A DNA stretch of 64,000 bases from a virus: IMG/VR virus record IMGVR_UViG_3300042890_001842, positions 32,001-96,000 of that record, one strand, 5' to 3'. Below the pieces are notes generated by a model. The model saw nothing but the letters and a program-made list of their open reading frames with translations, searched no databases and was not told the DNA's origin. This document shows, one piece after another, positions 38,541 to 49,228 of the stretch (its first letter is position 1; every line of letters starts with the position of its first letter). The translations under genes and the position numbers were made by a program.

Positions 38541-39296
38541 TTATGCGTAAACACGGTCAATAATCTTACCGTATTCTTGACCAGCATATGTCGCATTTCC
38601 TGATGGAAGGAGACGGAATGTTACTGGGAATGTTGTTGGGGTATTACGTGCAAGTGAGAACTGTGACTGTTGTACAGATAGAACACGACGTGCGTAGTAT
38701 ACTCTCTCCTGCTTTGTGAAGCTTGTGACGTTGTACTCTGGTGCTGGACCGACAGCAACTAGCTGACGCTCAACTGGAGCAGAAAGCAAAGCTCCTGCTG
38801 CCAAACCAAGAACCTGTGGTGTGCCTGAATCTCCTGGGCCTGTTGGCTCTGCTGTTGTTAGAGTATCATCTCCGTCAAAAGCTCCTGCTCCTGATCCTGC
38901 CTCAGTAATTCCTGTTGCTCCTCCTGGCTGACCAAATACAACTAGAAGATTCTCTAGAGTACCTTCTGTCATTTCTGTTGCTAGCATAACTTCCATTGAC
39001 TCCTTGAAAAGCTTTGCTGTATCAAGAAGCTGATCTACAGTTACTGAACCGTATGTTGGGTTGTATGTAATCTGAAGACCGTTGTTTGTGTAACCTACGT
39101 TACGGAACTTTGCTGTTGATGGTGAAGCTGTGTAAGCTGCATTTAGTGTGTCTGTGTATGAACCAGTACCAAATGCTACCTTACCTGCACCCTTTGTTGG
39201 ATCCAAATCCACTGCGTCTCCAGCTTTTGTGCTGATGAATAGTGGTGATGCACCCACGATAATATTTTTGGCTGAGTTGTATAATTCTTTTGCCAT
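38541..39296 (-). CDS. Major tail (tube) protein
   Basis: NIIVGA, VGYTNNGLQI, VDQLLD and FPVTFRLLP; position and downstream terminator. Confidence 0.8.
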   Translation of the reverse strand: MAKELYNSAKNIIVGASPLFISTKAGDAVDLDPTKGAGKVAFGTGSYTDTLNAAYTASPSTAKFRNVGYTNNGLQITYNPTYGSVTVDQLLDTAKLFKESMEVMLATEMTEGTLENLLVVFGQPGGATGITEAGSGAGAFDGDDTLTTAEPTGPGDSGTPQVLGLAAGALLSAPVERQLVAVGPAPEYNVTSFTKQERVYYARRVLSVQQSQFSLARNTPTTFPVTFRLLPSGNATYAGQEYGKIIDRVYA

Positions 39297-39385
39297 TTTT
39301 TGACCTCCATGTTAAAAATAATATTTGCTGGCTAGGCTCTTTTCCTCTATGTCCAATTTTAGATTAAAATAGGTTATAAAGCAAC

Positions 39386-39925
39386 CTATAGGAAACGGCC
39401 CTGTATATTCGAATGTCTTGAGTATTTAAGCTCTAATACTATCTCTTCTGATAGGAATCCCTGAATTTCTTGAGATGGTTGAGTAGGGGATATATCTGCA
39501 ATATGGATACTGTGGAATTTAAATTCGCTTGACTTATCTGGCCATGCATTTACTTCTTTGGCTGAATCGTCCATTCTTCTAAATAGATCCATCATAAAGT
39601 TTCTCATAATTGTTATCTTGTTGTAATCTATTGCATATACTGTAAATACAACTTGCTCACAGCATATGGCCCAGTTCTCTTCATATGATATTCCTATTTT
39701 ATCGTATACGATATGAGTTTTATTATCTTCATTTGCTGTAGTTGGTCCAAGGAAGAAGGTTGTCATTTCTGGAACTTGTTGTACTGGGATGATAGGAACT
39801 ATTGTATTTCCATTCCCGTCCAAATAATCATTTGAAGATAAAACACCTTCTTGCTTTAGCTTATACCAAAGATAATTTCTTATCTCTACAACTGCATCTT
39901 TTGAGTAATTGACCATGTTATCCAC
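39386..39925 (-). CDS. Putative tail terminator / neck protein
   Basis: Position immediately upstream of the major tail gene. Confidence 0.55.
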   Translation of the reverse strand: MDNMVNYSKDAVVEIRNYLWYKLKQEGVLSSNDYLDGNGNTIVPIIPVQQVPEMTTFFLGPTTANEDNKTHIVYDKIGISYEENWAICCEQVVFTVYAIDYNKITIMRNFMMDLFRRMDDSAKEVNAWPDKSSEFKFHSIHIADISPTQPSQEIQGFLSEEIVLELKYSRHSNIQGRFL

Positions 39926-40688
39926 TAAACGCTGCTGACACAGCGGCCTTTGCTTGTGATCTTATAGCGTTAGGGCTAAAGCTATATTTAACAGTTCTAA
40001 TATTGTTTGGCAAATCTAAAGCTTTTGATAATGATGAATTAAATAAATTTTGAAACCCTGACCTTTTGATTGATTCATTTACTAAATTACCTTTAAAGAA
40101 ATGCGAATATGCCATTTGAAACGAGTTCTTTACTCCAGGTCCTCCTGGCCTTCTAACGGTCACAGAGGCTCCTTTAGGCATGTATACAGTATAACCATTA
40201 ACTTCGAATACTAAGCGCTGAGAATGGCGTGGGGCTATTTTAAGAGGCATCCCAGCTTCCATCACAGAAGCTTTATTTGTAAATACATGTCTTCTCTTTG
40301 AAGAAGATTTTGCAAATGACTTAGATGGCAAAAAATCATATAAAACTTTAAATGATAATTGATCTGTATTTAATCTATTTAACTTAAATAATCTTGCAGA
40401 TTTTTCTCCAACCCTATTCCATTCATAAACATGATGAAGTGATCTAGGATTAGTTCTTGCTTTTGCATCAATATAGTTTCCAAAATCTTTTTCTATCTGA
40501 GTATAAATCATAGAATTGAATTTATTCTTAAATCCTGGATCGTCCATGACATTTGCCATTACTTGTGAATTGTAATAAACAAAAGCGGAAATTTGTGAGA
40601 CTACGCTATTTTTAATAATTCCAGCAGATGGCTCAACCATTAAAGGCTGTAGTTTGCTTGATGCTTGTACTAGTACGTTAGAGTCCAA
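39918..40688 (-). CDS. Putative neck / tail completion protein
   Basis: Position in the head-tail joining block; LHHVYEW motif. Confidence 0.5.
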   Translation of the reverse strand: MDSNVLVQASSKLQPLMVEPSAGIIKNSVVSQISAFVYYNSQVMANVMDDPGFKNKFNSMIYTQIEKDFGNYIDAKARTNPRSLHHVYEWNRVGEKSARLFKLNRLNTDQLSFKVLYDFLPSKSFAKSSSKRRHVFTNKASVMEAGMPLKIAPRHSQRLVFEVNGYTVYMPKGASVTVRRPGGPGVKNSFQMAYSHFFKGNLVNESIKRSGFQNLFNSSLSKALDLPNNIRTVKYSFSPNAIRSQAKAAVSAAFSG

Positions 40689-41106
40689 TTCCCTGATTCT
40701 CCGATCTCTTTAAAGAAGAGTTATATCCTAATGTGCGTCCAAATGGATCTGTTAATGGGGTTGTTCCAACTACTTCAAATACTGTTGGAGTTTCTTCTGG
40801 GAAGTTTAATTCTGTCCAAATTTGAACACCGTCTGCATTTCTAATATTAGTAACTTTTTCTTTTGCAGTAATTTTTTCAACTGTTCTAACCTGAATCATT
40901 TGATCATTAATATATCTGTTATCAAAAATCTGCTTATCGCTACTTCTTGTTGTTGCTGAGTTACTAATAACTCCTTTAGCATGGCAGTCTATTGTCTTGT
41001 AGTACATCCATTGACGCTTGATAGCACCAGTGTAGCTATCTTGATCTTCTTTTTGTCTGTAGACATCCATTTTCATGGAAAGGATAGAGTCGATAAGATC
41101 ATTCAT
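40678..41106 (-). CDS. Putative head-to-tail stopper
   Basis: Size, position and beta-rich pattern. Confidence 0.55.
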   Translation of the reverse strand: MNDLIDSILSMKMDVYRQKEDQDSYTGAIKRQWMYYKTIDCHAKGVISNSATTRSSDKQIFDNRYINDQMIQVRTVEKITAKEKVTNIRNADGVQIWTELNFPEETPTVFEVVGTTPLTDPFGRTLGYNSSLKRSENQGIGL

Positions 41107-42092
41107 TATACTACGACCATATTAGTAATTACATATGGAGATAGTAGTTGATCGGCATAAAGATTTCCCGTTCCGCTTGTGGCTCCATCAGAGTACTCAA
41201 ACTGCCAGTCAAATGTTTGAATATTCTTTATATACTTGTTTTTCCAAATCTTATCTTTTGCAAAGTAATCCTTCATCAATTCAATGCATGCTAGCTCAAC
41301 ATTGTCTGGGACTTTATCCCAACCAAATCTTCCATGAACTTTATATGTTGCGTTATTCTTAAACACTCCATGCGAGTAATCTGTTGCTGAAGGTGGAACC
41401 ATTCCGTTTGCAGTATAGACTGTATTGTCTAGCATGCTAGCCTTGTTTACTCTGATTCCAAATCCGCTTTCAGATATCTGAGTATCGTAATTCCAGTTGT
41501 TAACATTGTTTAGGTTATCTATAAGTAGATAATCATTTACATATAGTTCATGTAAATCATTTATTCTATATGGGAGTGGAAGTACATCTGATCCAGAGCC
41601 ATAAACAATAAATGTATCATCATAAAGGAAAAAATCCTGTCCAGTATAATCTTCAATTATTTTTCTGGCATATTTTTCAGCAGCTTTTAAATCTTTATAC
41701 GAAACATAATTAGGGTCAGTGTTATCTATGCTTAACCCTAATTCTTCTGATGACTGAGTTAGGTCTGTATAAGGTGTAACAACAAATACGTTGTGTGATT
41801 TTGTTACTGTAACCCCGCCTACAACATACTCCCATTCCAACTTTAAAGTCTTATTTCTATTTGTTAAAGAATAGGGAATATTTATATAATACAAGCCAAC
41901 GTTTGTTTCATCTTTTACTGATGTTAGTGTTGCTAAGATTGTAGAAGGATTAACGGCTGGGACAACTAGGGGGTCCGCCGTAATATCATAAATTCTAACT
42001 GAAGGGAGTGTTGAATCTACGTCAGATGCAACTCCCTGCCAAAATATTTGATGAGTTATTGGTGAACTTGAATTAGTGTATACCTCTGCCAT
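41106..42092 (-). CDS. Head-to-tail adaptor
   Basis: IIEDYTGQDF, GWDKVPDNVELACIEL and ADQLLSPY motifs. Confidence 0.7.
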   Translation of the reverse strand: MAEVYTNSSSPITHQIFWQGVASDVDSTLPSVRIYDITADPLVVPAVNPSTILATLTSVKDETNVGLYYINIPYSLTNRNKTLKLEWEYVVGGVTVTKSHNVFVVTPYTDLTQSSEELGLSIDNTDPNYVSYKDLKAAEKYARKIIEDYTGQDFFLYDDTFIVYGSGSDVLPLPYRINDLHELYVNDYLLIDNLNNVNNWNYDTQISESGFGIRVNKASMLDNTVYTANGMVPPSATDYSHGVFKNNATYKVHGRFGWDKVPDNVELACIELMKDYFAKDKIWKNKYIKNIQTFDWQFEYSDGATSGTGNLYADQLLSPYVITNMVVV

Positions 42093-42102
42093 TTAATAGG
42101 CT

Positions 42103-42501
42103 TTAGTTGTAAAACTCCTGAACTTCTTTAGGAGTTGCCAATCTAAAACCTTCCTCCTTATCAAAAATTGCCTGAGCGTTTTCATCGCTCATAGCCACAA
42201 ACGGATGCTCTTTTGTAAACGTATGTCCCATAATATCATATCTAAAATTATCTCTAGTCATTCTAACCAGAACATTATCTTTTGCTAATTGCTTTTTTGC
42301 ATCAAATCTTGGTAGGACTTCTTGCGACATATCGTCTTCTTCCTCATTCTTTTCTAAGGTCTTGCTATAAATAGACCATGTAACGCCTTCCTCTGACAAG
42401 GCGGCAATAATACTTGCTTTGTTTTTTAGACCATCTGTATCAACGGCAAAATCTTCCGCTATTTTCTTTAACTCAGATACCTTAAGTGTCTCAAATGACA
42501 T
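42103..42501 (-). CDS. Hypothetical protein with an N-terminal Rho-N/HeH-like motif
   Basis: LKVSELKKIAEDFAV...KASIIAAL. Confidence 0.6.
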   Translation of the reverse strand: MSFETLKVSELKKIAEDFAVDTDGLKNKASIIAALSEEGVTWSIYSKTLEKNEEEDDMSQEVLPRFDAKKQLAKDNVLVRMTRDNFRYDIMGHTFTKEHPFVAMSDENAQAIFDKEEGFRLATPKEVQEFYN

Positions 42502-42526
42502 TTTATCTCCTTAACTAGGTAATGCA

Positions 42527-42535
42527 ATTATATCA
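42527..42535 (-). promoter_or_regulatory. Extended -10 promoter
   Basis: TGATATAAT. Confidence 0.5.
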
Positions 42536-42550
42536 CTAAGAAATTTAAAT

Positions 42551-42582
42551 GAAAAGCCCCTAAATTTAATTAGGGGCCTTTC
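42551..42582 (-). terminator. Terminator hairpin after the major capsid gene
   Basis: GCCCCTAA-ATTTAA-TTAGGGGC with a TTTT tract on the minus strand. Confidence 0.7.
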
Positions 42583-42607
42583 TTGCAAGTCTTCTTAATA
42601 AATTAAA

Positions 42608-43660
42608 TTATGAAGCGACCTTAACGTTCTTAACAACTACCCAAGCATCTGCTTGCTCAATCTGGACACCAACACGAGTATACATTGTGTACTCAATTGC
42701 GTCCTTCTTTGGCCAGAAGAAGCGGTAAACAGTTACATCACGCTTGATACCAATAACTACGTTATTTGGGAATGTCAAGTGGATATCTCCGTGATTACCA
42801 GTCTCTCCTGAGTAATCGCCATCCTGTGCTTCAGGAAGTAGTGGAACTTCAACGATTGGAATACCAAATGCGAATGGAGCTACATAACCTGCTGGACCAC
42901 CTAGTGGCTGTACACCTTGTCCACGGATTACGCTTGAAGCGATATCCTGTGGGATAGTGTTGTTTGTTCCAATGCTGTTAGCATATAGGAAATCTTGGAT
43001 TAGGTTTGAACCTGCCAAGAAGCGAAGATCTGAACGGCGCTGCTTGTACTTACGTGGAAGTGCCTTCAATGCAGAATTAAATACTGCACGAGAAACAGCT
43101 GCTCCACCAGCATCAACAACGTGACCGTTTGCCTTAGCCTTCTTAACTACACCATCAAATGCCTTGTAAAGATTGTCTCCTGTTAGTGAAACGTTTCCGT
43201 TTAGAAGAACATCTTCAATATCGTTACCTGCCTGTGTTGCCATCATGCGGGCGATATGGTCTTCAAGATCAGCACCTTCAATATTGTCTTCTAGAGACTC
43301 TGTTGAAAGCTCCCAATCTAGACGAAGCTTCTTTGTTGTTAGCGAGATCTTTGAGAAAGATACCGCTGAGTTTGAACCTGTATTGTCTGCTTCAGTTGCG
43401 AGAACCATAAGCTTCTCACCTACTGACATGCGATCAATTTCGGTTGTATCAGATCTCATTCTGACTGTACGGGCGACCTTACCAATTACGGTTGCGTCGA
43501 ACATATAATCTAGAAAGCGGGCTGATTGTTCTGCATTGAGAAGTCCACCTTCTCCTTCAGAACCAACGTGAATACCAGTTGTAGCTACTGCTGCACCTGT
43601 CATGTTAGCTGTAACGTGTGTGTTAGCCGCTACTGCTTTTTCTAATGTTTCATTGCTCAT
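42608..43660 (-). CDS. Major capsid protein (HK97 fold)
   Basis: GGLLNAEQSARF, ELSTESLEDNIEG; follows the protease/scaffold gene. Confidence 0.88.
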   Translation of the reverse strand: MSNETLEKAVAANTHVTANMTGAAVATTGIHVGSEGEGGLLNAEQSARFLDYMFDATVIGKVARTVRMRSDTTEIDRMSVGEKLMVLATEADNTGSNSAVSFSKISLTTKKLRLDWELSTESLEDNIEGADLEDHIARMMATQAGNDIEDVLLNGNVSLTGDNLYKAFDGVVKKAKANGHVVDAGGAAVSRAVFNSALKALPRKYKQRRSDLRFLAGSNLIQDFLYANSIGTNNTIPQDIASSVIRGQGVQPLGGPAGYVAPFAFGIPIVEVPLLPEAQDGDYSGETGNHGDIHLTFPNNVVIGIKRDVTVYRFFWPKKDAIEYTMYTRVGVQIEQADAWVVVKNVKVAS

Positions 43661-43679
43661 TATATTTTCACCTACCTTT

Positions 43680-44999
43680 TTATTTTAAAAGTTCATTTAC
43701 GGAACCGAGGAAAGAACCGTTCCATTTTGATTTCTTGATTGTTACTTCCTGAGACCCGCCAAGGTCTGAGGACTTCTTAATTGCAGTCTCTGATTCTACT
43801 GCGTCGACACGCTTTTCAACATTATCAATCGTGTTCTTGATATTCTCTACAGCCTTTGATAGTGCTGCATGCTGTTCTGCCAATTCTGAAATCTTAACAT
43901 CTACGCTCTTGCTAAAAGTCTCAACGGTATCTTTAATACCTGTAACTTGTAAAGCATTTGCCTCAGACGCCTTATTCAGAGTCTCAGAGAAAAAGCCCTT
44001 TAGATCGCCAAGCATCTTTGCAAAATCAGGTTCATCAACCTCAACTTCGGATACGTCGGCTGCTTTTTCCAGAGTTTCGGCAGGAGCGTCTGCTACTGCG
44101 TCTGCAGGAGCTTCAGCTGGTGCTTCTTCAGCAACAACTGATGTTTCTTCTACGGCTGCTTCTGACACTACTGCATCTTCTGCAACTACGTTTTCTGTAT
44201 TTTCTGACACTTCATTACCTCCTTCTGCGTTTGCCTGTTTTGCAATTGTTTGTGTATCAGGCAACGTCAATCTTGATTGCTTGTGTGAATCAAGAATTTT
44301 ATTTATTTCTTTTGACTTGTTAATGTCGTTAGACTCTACCCAGCCAATTAAAGATGCTGGCTTTCCAGAAACTGGAGAGGTGTATTCTTTTTCTGTTGAC
44401 ATGAATACGGTGTCGCTTTCTTCACAATAAAAAATATTTTCCATTTTTGTTTCTGCTGCAATACCCTTGAACATTAGCTGTCCGTTCATCTTTTGGATAG
44501 AAAGAATGTTGCATAATTCATTTGCAGGTGAATCAACTACTGAAAGCTCCATCAAAGAATACTCCTTGATAAATCTTACTGGCTTTCCTGTTGACTTGTT
44601 AACTTCATTTTCTGAATCAATAATCTTTCCGCCGATTGAAAATCCTTGAAGAGTTCCGTCTAAAATTTTTTCCCATGTATCTTGTGCGCCTTTTGAAATG
44701 TAAGCATCTACATAAACGCCATTGAAGAACTCGCCAGTCTTTGCATCGAAGTAAGTTTCTGGCTTAAATGAAACCATCTTACCTACAGATATAGAACCAT
44801 GCATCTCACGAATGTTTCCACGGAAATTTTCAAATGCTTTCATGCTAGCTTCTGACGTTACTACGTCACCAGTCTGATCAAGATTGTCTAGTGTTGCAAA
44901 TCCTGAGACTGTACGCTTTTCACGGTTGACCTTTGTAAATGGGACAGATAAATTAATATTATCGCCATTTGATGACCATAGTGATTTTTCAATATTCAT
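43680..44999 (-). CDS. Prohead protease fused to an acidic/coiled-coil scaffold
   Basis: REMH, GFSIGG, ELSVVDSPAN; E/A-rich then coiled-coil C-terminus. Confidence 0.85.
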   Translation of the reverse strand: MNIEKSLWSSNGDNINLSVPFTKVNREKRTVSGFATLDNLDQTGDVVTSEASMKAFENFRGNIREMHGSISVGKMVSFKPETYFDAKTGEFFNGVYVDAYISKGAQDTWEKILDGTLQGFSIGGKIIDSENEVNKSTGKPVRFIKEYSLMELSVVDSPANELCNILSIQKMNGQLMFKGIAAETKMENIFYCEESDTVFMSTEKEYTSPVSGKPASLIGWVESNDINKSKEINKILDSHKQSRLTLPDTQTIAKQANAEGGNEVSENTENVVAEDAVVSEAAVEETSVVAEEAPAEAPADAVADAPAETLEKAADVSEVEVDEPDFAKMLGDLKGFFSETLNKASEANALQVTGIKDTVETFSKSVDVKISELAEQHAALSKAVENIKNTIDNVEKRVDAVESETAIKKSSDLGGSQEVTIKKSKWNGSFLGSVNELLK

Positions 45000-45006
45000 A
45001 TGCTTT

Positions 45007-45035
45007 ATTATATTTATTTATGTATAAAAAGGCAA
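45007..45035 (-). promoter_or_regulatory. Sigma70-type promoter, leaderless
   Basis: TTGCCT-17 nt-TATAAT-N7-ATG. Confidence 0.55.
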
Positions 45036-45053
45036 ATAAACAGTTGAGTAGTA

Positions 45054-46646
45054 TTAGTCAACTTGTCTGCCTTCTCCTTGAGGATTTCTAGATTCTCCAG
45101 AAGTGTCTGGTGAATTGTTGCTTCTTTCTTGACCCCTAGCCCTAGTATTACCAGCCTGTGATCTAATTTCTGCTTGGGCTTCTGGCTTCAAAACAACAAC
45201 TTCATCTCCTCCATCGAGTGGCACCATGCCTCTTCTAATACGTACTTCATTAGGAGTTATTACCTGCATTCTCAAATATCTTTCATCAATCTTAGACTGA
45301 GTATCCTCATCTGTCAGGCTTAGCTCATTGAATTTTAATTGCAGGGCATCTGTCATTTCCTGAATTATTTTATTTAGCTTCTTTTCTAATATATCCTGAA
45401 TTGGCTTACATACTTGCTCTTTAAATGTCTTATCTGCATCACGAGCATTTGCAAGAGATATTCCCTGTGGACTACCAATTTTAGAAATTGGTACACGATG
45501 AGCCATCAAGATTTCATCTCTATTTGACTGTCTGTAAACATTAAATGATGATTCCTGAGTCCCAGCCTCAATTGGCTCCATTTTAAATTCAACCTTTGAG
45601 TCTGGTGAGTCTGCTGGAAGCGGGATATAAAGTGAGCGGTGATTTTTTCCTTTAAGACCGACTTGGAAAAATTCCAAAAGTTTACGCTCTGAATCTGGGG
45701 AAAGCTTTGCTCCTTTTACTGTAATAATATAACGTGGAACAGCCTTGTTCTCAAAGTAATCAAGATTATACTTACCAGCGAATTCATTTCCAGTCATAGC
45801 GTTTTGTGCAGCAATAATGTCTGGGATTCCGTAGTAGTTATTCTTGGGAGTGTACTTCTTAAAGTGAATAATTTCATTTGGTCTATCTAGGCCACCAGCA
45901 ATTGGATTTACCGTCTCTTGATCTCCAAGGTTGCGGAAGAATACTGCCTTGCCATAAAGCAATTGAATAAAGCCATCACGCAGACGACGAACACGCATTG
46001 TCTTAGCTGGGATATGACCAATGTATCCAATCTTTCCAGAAGTAGTTCTACCTATTTCAAGATAACCATTTCCTGTTGCTTCAACATCTGTATAGAATTT
46101 AATAAGTGTTTCTTTGAATGTCTCTTCATCGTTACATTCTTCTAGCCACTGATGTAGGTCTTGTCTTAGTCTATCAAGCTTTCTACGAGCCCTCTGAAGT
46201 TGTGCATCATTGCTTATCTCATCTATAGCGTCTAAAGTTTTTCTTGTCTCAATAAAATCAAATCCAAGTCCCACAATATTAGAAACTTTTGCGTTAATTG
46301 CAGAATAGTTGTATGGAGAAATTTCGTAAATTGTAGATAAATATTCTAGGTTGTAAGGTGGCTCAACAAGATCAAACATCGCATATCCAGTAACAGCCTG
46401 CTGCAATAAGTTTTGTTGTGTTGCTGTGCCATCTATTCCTGTGAATCGTTTCTGCAAGTCTCTATTCATCTTACGACGAAATGTTGAGCTTAAGCCAGAG
46501 ACTTTAGATAGGTCATCTCCTTCAATTTTAAATGGGTCATTACTAACAACATTTTCAGGAGCACTGAATCTCATCCAGTCGTCTAAATTTGAAACCTGAA
46601 GGCTTTCTGTATTTGACTCTTCTTCGTGTATCATATTATTTTCCAC
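45054..46646 (-). CDS. Portal protein
   Basis: TGNGYLE, EIIHFK, YYGIP, AHRVP and ITPNEVR motifs. Confidence 0.9.
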   Translation of the reverse strand: MENNMIHEEESNTESLQVSNLDDWMRFSAPENVVSNDPFKIEGDDLSKVSGLSSTFRRKMNRDLQKRFTGIDGTATQQNLLQQAVTGYAMFDLVEPPYNLEYLSTIYEISPYNYSAINAKVSNIVGLGFDFIETRKTLDAIDEISNDAQLQRARRKLDRLRQDLHQWLEECNDEETFKETLIKFYTDVEATGNGYLEIGRTTSGKIGYIGHIPAKTMRVRRLRDGFIQLLYGKAVFFRNLGDQETVNPIAGGLDRPNEIIHFKKYTPKNNYYGIPDIIAAQNAMTGNEFAGKYNLDYFENKAVPRYIITVKGAKLSPDSERKLLEFFQVGLKGKNHRSLYIPLPADSPDSKVEFKMEPIEAGTQESSFNVYRQSNRDEILMAHRVPISKIGSPQGISLANARDADKTFKEQVCKPIQDILEKKLNKIIQEMTDALQLKFNELSLTDEDTQSKIDERYLRMQVITPNEVRIRRGMVPLDGGDEVVVLKPEAQAEIRSQAGNTRARGQERSNNSPDTSGESRNPQGEGRQVD

Positions 46647-46977
46647 CTCTTAGTTTTTTCATTTCGTCTTTATGGTTTCCAATATCTAATGGATCTGGTA
46701 TTAGGCCCCACTCAAGTCTTTTTGACTGATGCTCAAATTCTTCATCATCTATCTTCCTACGACCAGCTAAAAATTTTGGCTTTCCGTCATAAATTCCATA
46801 AGAGCGAACCTCTCTAGCCAAAGCATCTACTTTAGAGCGATTTCCTTTTGTAGAGGTTACTGATAAAAAGTTGCCATCGTCGTCACCAATCCAGCGTCCG
46901 TCTGGCATTTCCCAGACATATATTCCAAGTCTGGTAACATCTTCTACAACTTGAGAGTTTATCTTATTGATATCCAT
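46636..46977 (-). CDS. Hypothetical protein preceding the portal
   Basis: ORF overlaps the portal start; upstream TGGACT-17 nt-TAAAAT promoter. Confidence 0.65.
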   Translation of the reverse strand: MDINKINSQVVEDVTRLGIYVWEMPDGRWIGDDDGNFLSVTSTKGNRSKVDALAREVRSYGIYDGKPKFLAGRRKIDDEEFEHQSKRLEWGLIPDPLDIGNHKDEMKKLRGGK

Positions 46978-47039
46978 AGGTTATCCATTTTACCATTCTT
47001 TACAGCCAAAGTCCATATTTTGTCAGTCAGATTGACAAA

Positions 47040-48773
47040 CTATCTTGTTGAAATAACTATCCATTCACTATTTGCATAATTTATGCCATTATCTGTCATC
47101 GTCATGACAGAATCTGATGACGCCAGAACTGGTCTAGCTGTGTACTCAGAGTAGTGACGTTGGGCCTCTGTAATAGTTAAAGCCTTCTGATATATAGCAA
47201 TATTATTAAAACCGTTTGATGGCCCACCAGAAGTATTATAATTAAATTTGATATCCCCAGTTATTGCAGAGGTAAATCTAATAACAACATGATGAATTTG
47301 ACCAGAGCTAAATATTGATGACACTGAGGTGGATGAAGATCTGTCGACTCCATTTACATAGATCGCCGCAATATTTGTTTTAGATATTACACCTGATCCA
47401 TTCCATGAGAAATTGGCAGAAGTATTGTTAATAAGAGTGCTTGCTGTCAATGCGGAAGGATTATAGAAAAACTCTAAAGTATTTATATTTGAATCACAGT
47501 TTATTTTAAATCCTCCTGAAGATGAAGTCTGTATGCCGTCCCTATCCATTCTAATAAGTGTTGGATAATTAAAAGATGCTATATCATATTCACTGGAAGA
47601 GGTTATGAAATATTTACTGTTATCGCTATATATATCTTTTGTATCATAAAATTTTACTCTAAGATTTAAAAATTTAGGAAAATATTTTGAGGCATCTAAA
47701 GTTGTAAAAGTTACCTTTAAATAGATAATTCTATTTCCAAGAGTTTCTGATTTATTATACAAAGGCAAAGATGAGTTATTTGTTAAAGTATAAGGATATG
47801 TGGTCCCATCTGTTCCCATTTGTACTACTATGTTTTTATCAGCCTGCCATTCTATTTTTGAAGAAACAACACTTAAAGTAGAAGGTAACATTATCGTATC
47901 AAAAAGTATTAAAGACTTTTCTCCAGTGGACTTATTAAATCCTATATATTTTCTATTGTTCTCATAGTATGTGTCAGTAGTCATTCCAAGCTCAATTTGT
48001 TCTGGGCTAAATTCATGAACATAAGAAGGCTTTAAATTTTCTTCGTGTGTTGAAAAGAAAAATCCATTGTCCTGATTTACAATTTGAAATGCGTTTACAT
48101 GATAAATGCCATATGAATAATGAGACTCAACTTTTTTATCTGAAAGAGCGTATCTATAAACAGCTGGTGACTCTACTAAAAAAGAATCTGCTACATTGAG
48201 TGTTGGGCCAATCTTAAAAGGGCCTGTAGTAGAGTTTGTAAATTTAAAATTAGAAATTGATTTTGATGAGGCTAAAAGACCATCGACAAAAATTTGCATT
48301 GAACTTGTAGAATATGTTGCAACTACGTGAAATACTTTATTTCTACTATTCAAATTATAATAGAGCTCTTCGCTATTCAATCTAAAAAGGATATTACTAT
48401 TTTCATAATATATTCCAATTCCATTTGTTTCATCAGCAAATATCGTTGTCCTATTAGATGTTGTTATATTTGGGCGAAACCATACTTCTAAGGAAAAATC
48501 ATTATCTGAAGTTTTTATATTTCCAAATCCGCCACCTGAAACCGCCGTTCCATAAAAGTTTTTTGTTATTGGAAGAGATATTGATCCAAGATTATTTATG
48601 TTTACAGAGTAGGTTCCACCCATAACTAATGGAACAAGGTTTTGTAAAGTTACGCTAGTATATGTACCGTCGTTACCACAGCCAGATGAATCAACTGCAG
48701 TGGTTCCAGAAGATTCATCTAGTGGCCAAAATCCTATTGGATTATCCTTTAAAACTTTTACTCTATAAGACAT
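47040..48773 (-). CDS. LamG/concanavalin-A-like lectin-domain virion protein
   Basis: GFWPLDESSG..A.D.SG, FSLEVWF, HVVATY, IFVDG, and a second LamG-like domain at the C-terminus. Confidence 0.8.
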   Translation of the reverse strand: MSYRVKVLKDNPIGFWPLDESSGTTAVDSSGCGNDGTYTSVTLQNLVPLVMGGTYSVNINNLGSISLPITKNFYGTAVSGGGFGNIKTSDNDFSLEVWFRPNITTSNRTTIFADETNGIGIYYENSNILFRLNSEELYYNLNSRNKVFHVVATYSTSSMQIFVDGLLASSKSISNFKFTNSTTGPFKIGPTLNVADSFLVESPAVYRYALSDKKVESHYSYGIYHVNAFQIVNQDNGFFFSTHEENLKPSYVHEFSPEQIELGMTTDTYYENNRKYIGFNKSTGEKSLILFDTIMLPSTLSVVSSKIEWQADKNIVVQMGTDGTTYPYTLTNNSSLPLYNKSETLGNRIIYLKVTFTTLDASKYFPKFLNLRVKFYDTKDIYSDNSKYFITSSSEYDIASFNYPTLIRMDRDGIQTSSSGGFKINCDSNINTLEFFYNPSALTASTLINNTSANFSWNGSGVISKTNIAAIYVNGVDRSSSTSVSSIFSSGQIHHVVIRFTSAITGDIKFNYNTSGGPSNGFNNIAIYQKALTITEAQRHYSEYTARPVLASSDSVMTMTDNGINYANSEWIVISTR

Positions 48774-48793
48774 AAATAGATTATATCAGAATA

Positions 48794-49024
48794 TTAACCT
48801 TCTGATGGAAGTGAATCTAGCTCTGCCTTGTATACTGTTATGGCAGCTTCTAGAATTTGCAATGACTTCTCTGAATTTTCTGCACCTTGAAGATCTTCTA
48901 GTCCTTCAGAAGTCTTCTTGTTAAGAGAATGCTGGTACGCCTCTGCAGCAAACTGTGAGATTCTCTGCTCTAGAATAGCTTTCTTTTGTTCTACTGTAAG
49001 TAGTGCTGTATAGTCAATTGACAT
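48794..49024 (-). CDS. Small helical-hairpin protein
   Basis: LTVEQKKAIL, similar to 16509-16727 and 16783-16998. Confidence 0.65.
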   Translation of the reverse strand: MSIDYTALLTVEQKKAILEQRISQFAAEAYQHSLNKKTSEGLEDLQGAENSEKSLQILEAAITVYKAELDSLPSEG

Positions 49025-49184
49025 TTTTATTCTTTCTCATAATAAACGCTATAAGTTTTTTATAACGCTGTTCTATCTTTTCTTCTAAACCTAGATGACT
49101 CTCTTTGTAATTTTCTGTTTGAAAATACGGAGAGTACATTTGATTACAAAAATGCTTTCCTGGTTTTCTTTGATATGGAGCCAT
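49014..49184 (-). CDS. Small basic hypothetical protein (56 aa, not in ORF track)
   Basis: MAPYQRKPGKHFCNQMYSPYFQTENYKESHLGLEEKIEQRYKKLIAFIMRKNKNVN; TGATATAAT-N6-ATG leaderless promoter. Confidence 0.55.
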   Translation of the reverse strand: MAPYQRKPGKHFCNQMYSPYFQTENYKESHLGLEEKIEQRYKKLIAFIMRKNKNVN

Positions 49185-49228
49185 AATATAATTATATCAA
49201 AGTTATATTATAGAGCTTTTTGCAAACC

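Noticed and set aside
20369-44430. Many plus-strand ORFs such as 21254-21796, 35976-36719 and 43831-44430
   Set aside because: Antisense shadows of long minus-strand structural genes with no recognisable motifs
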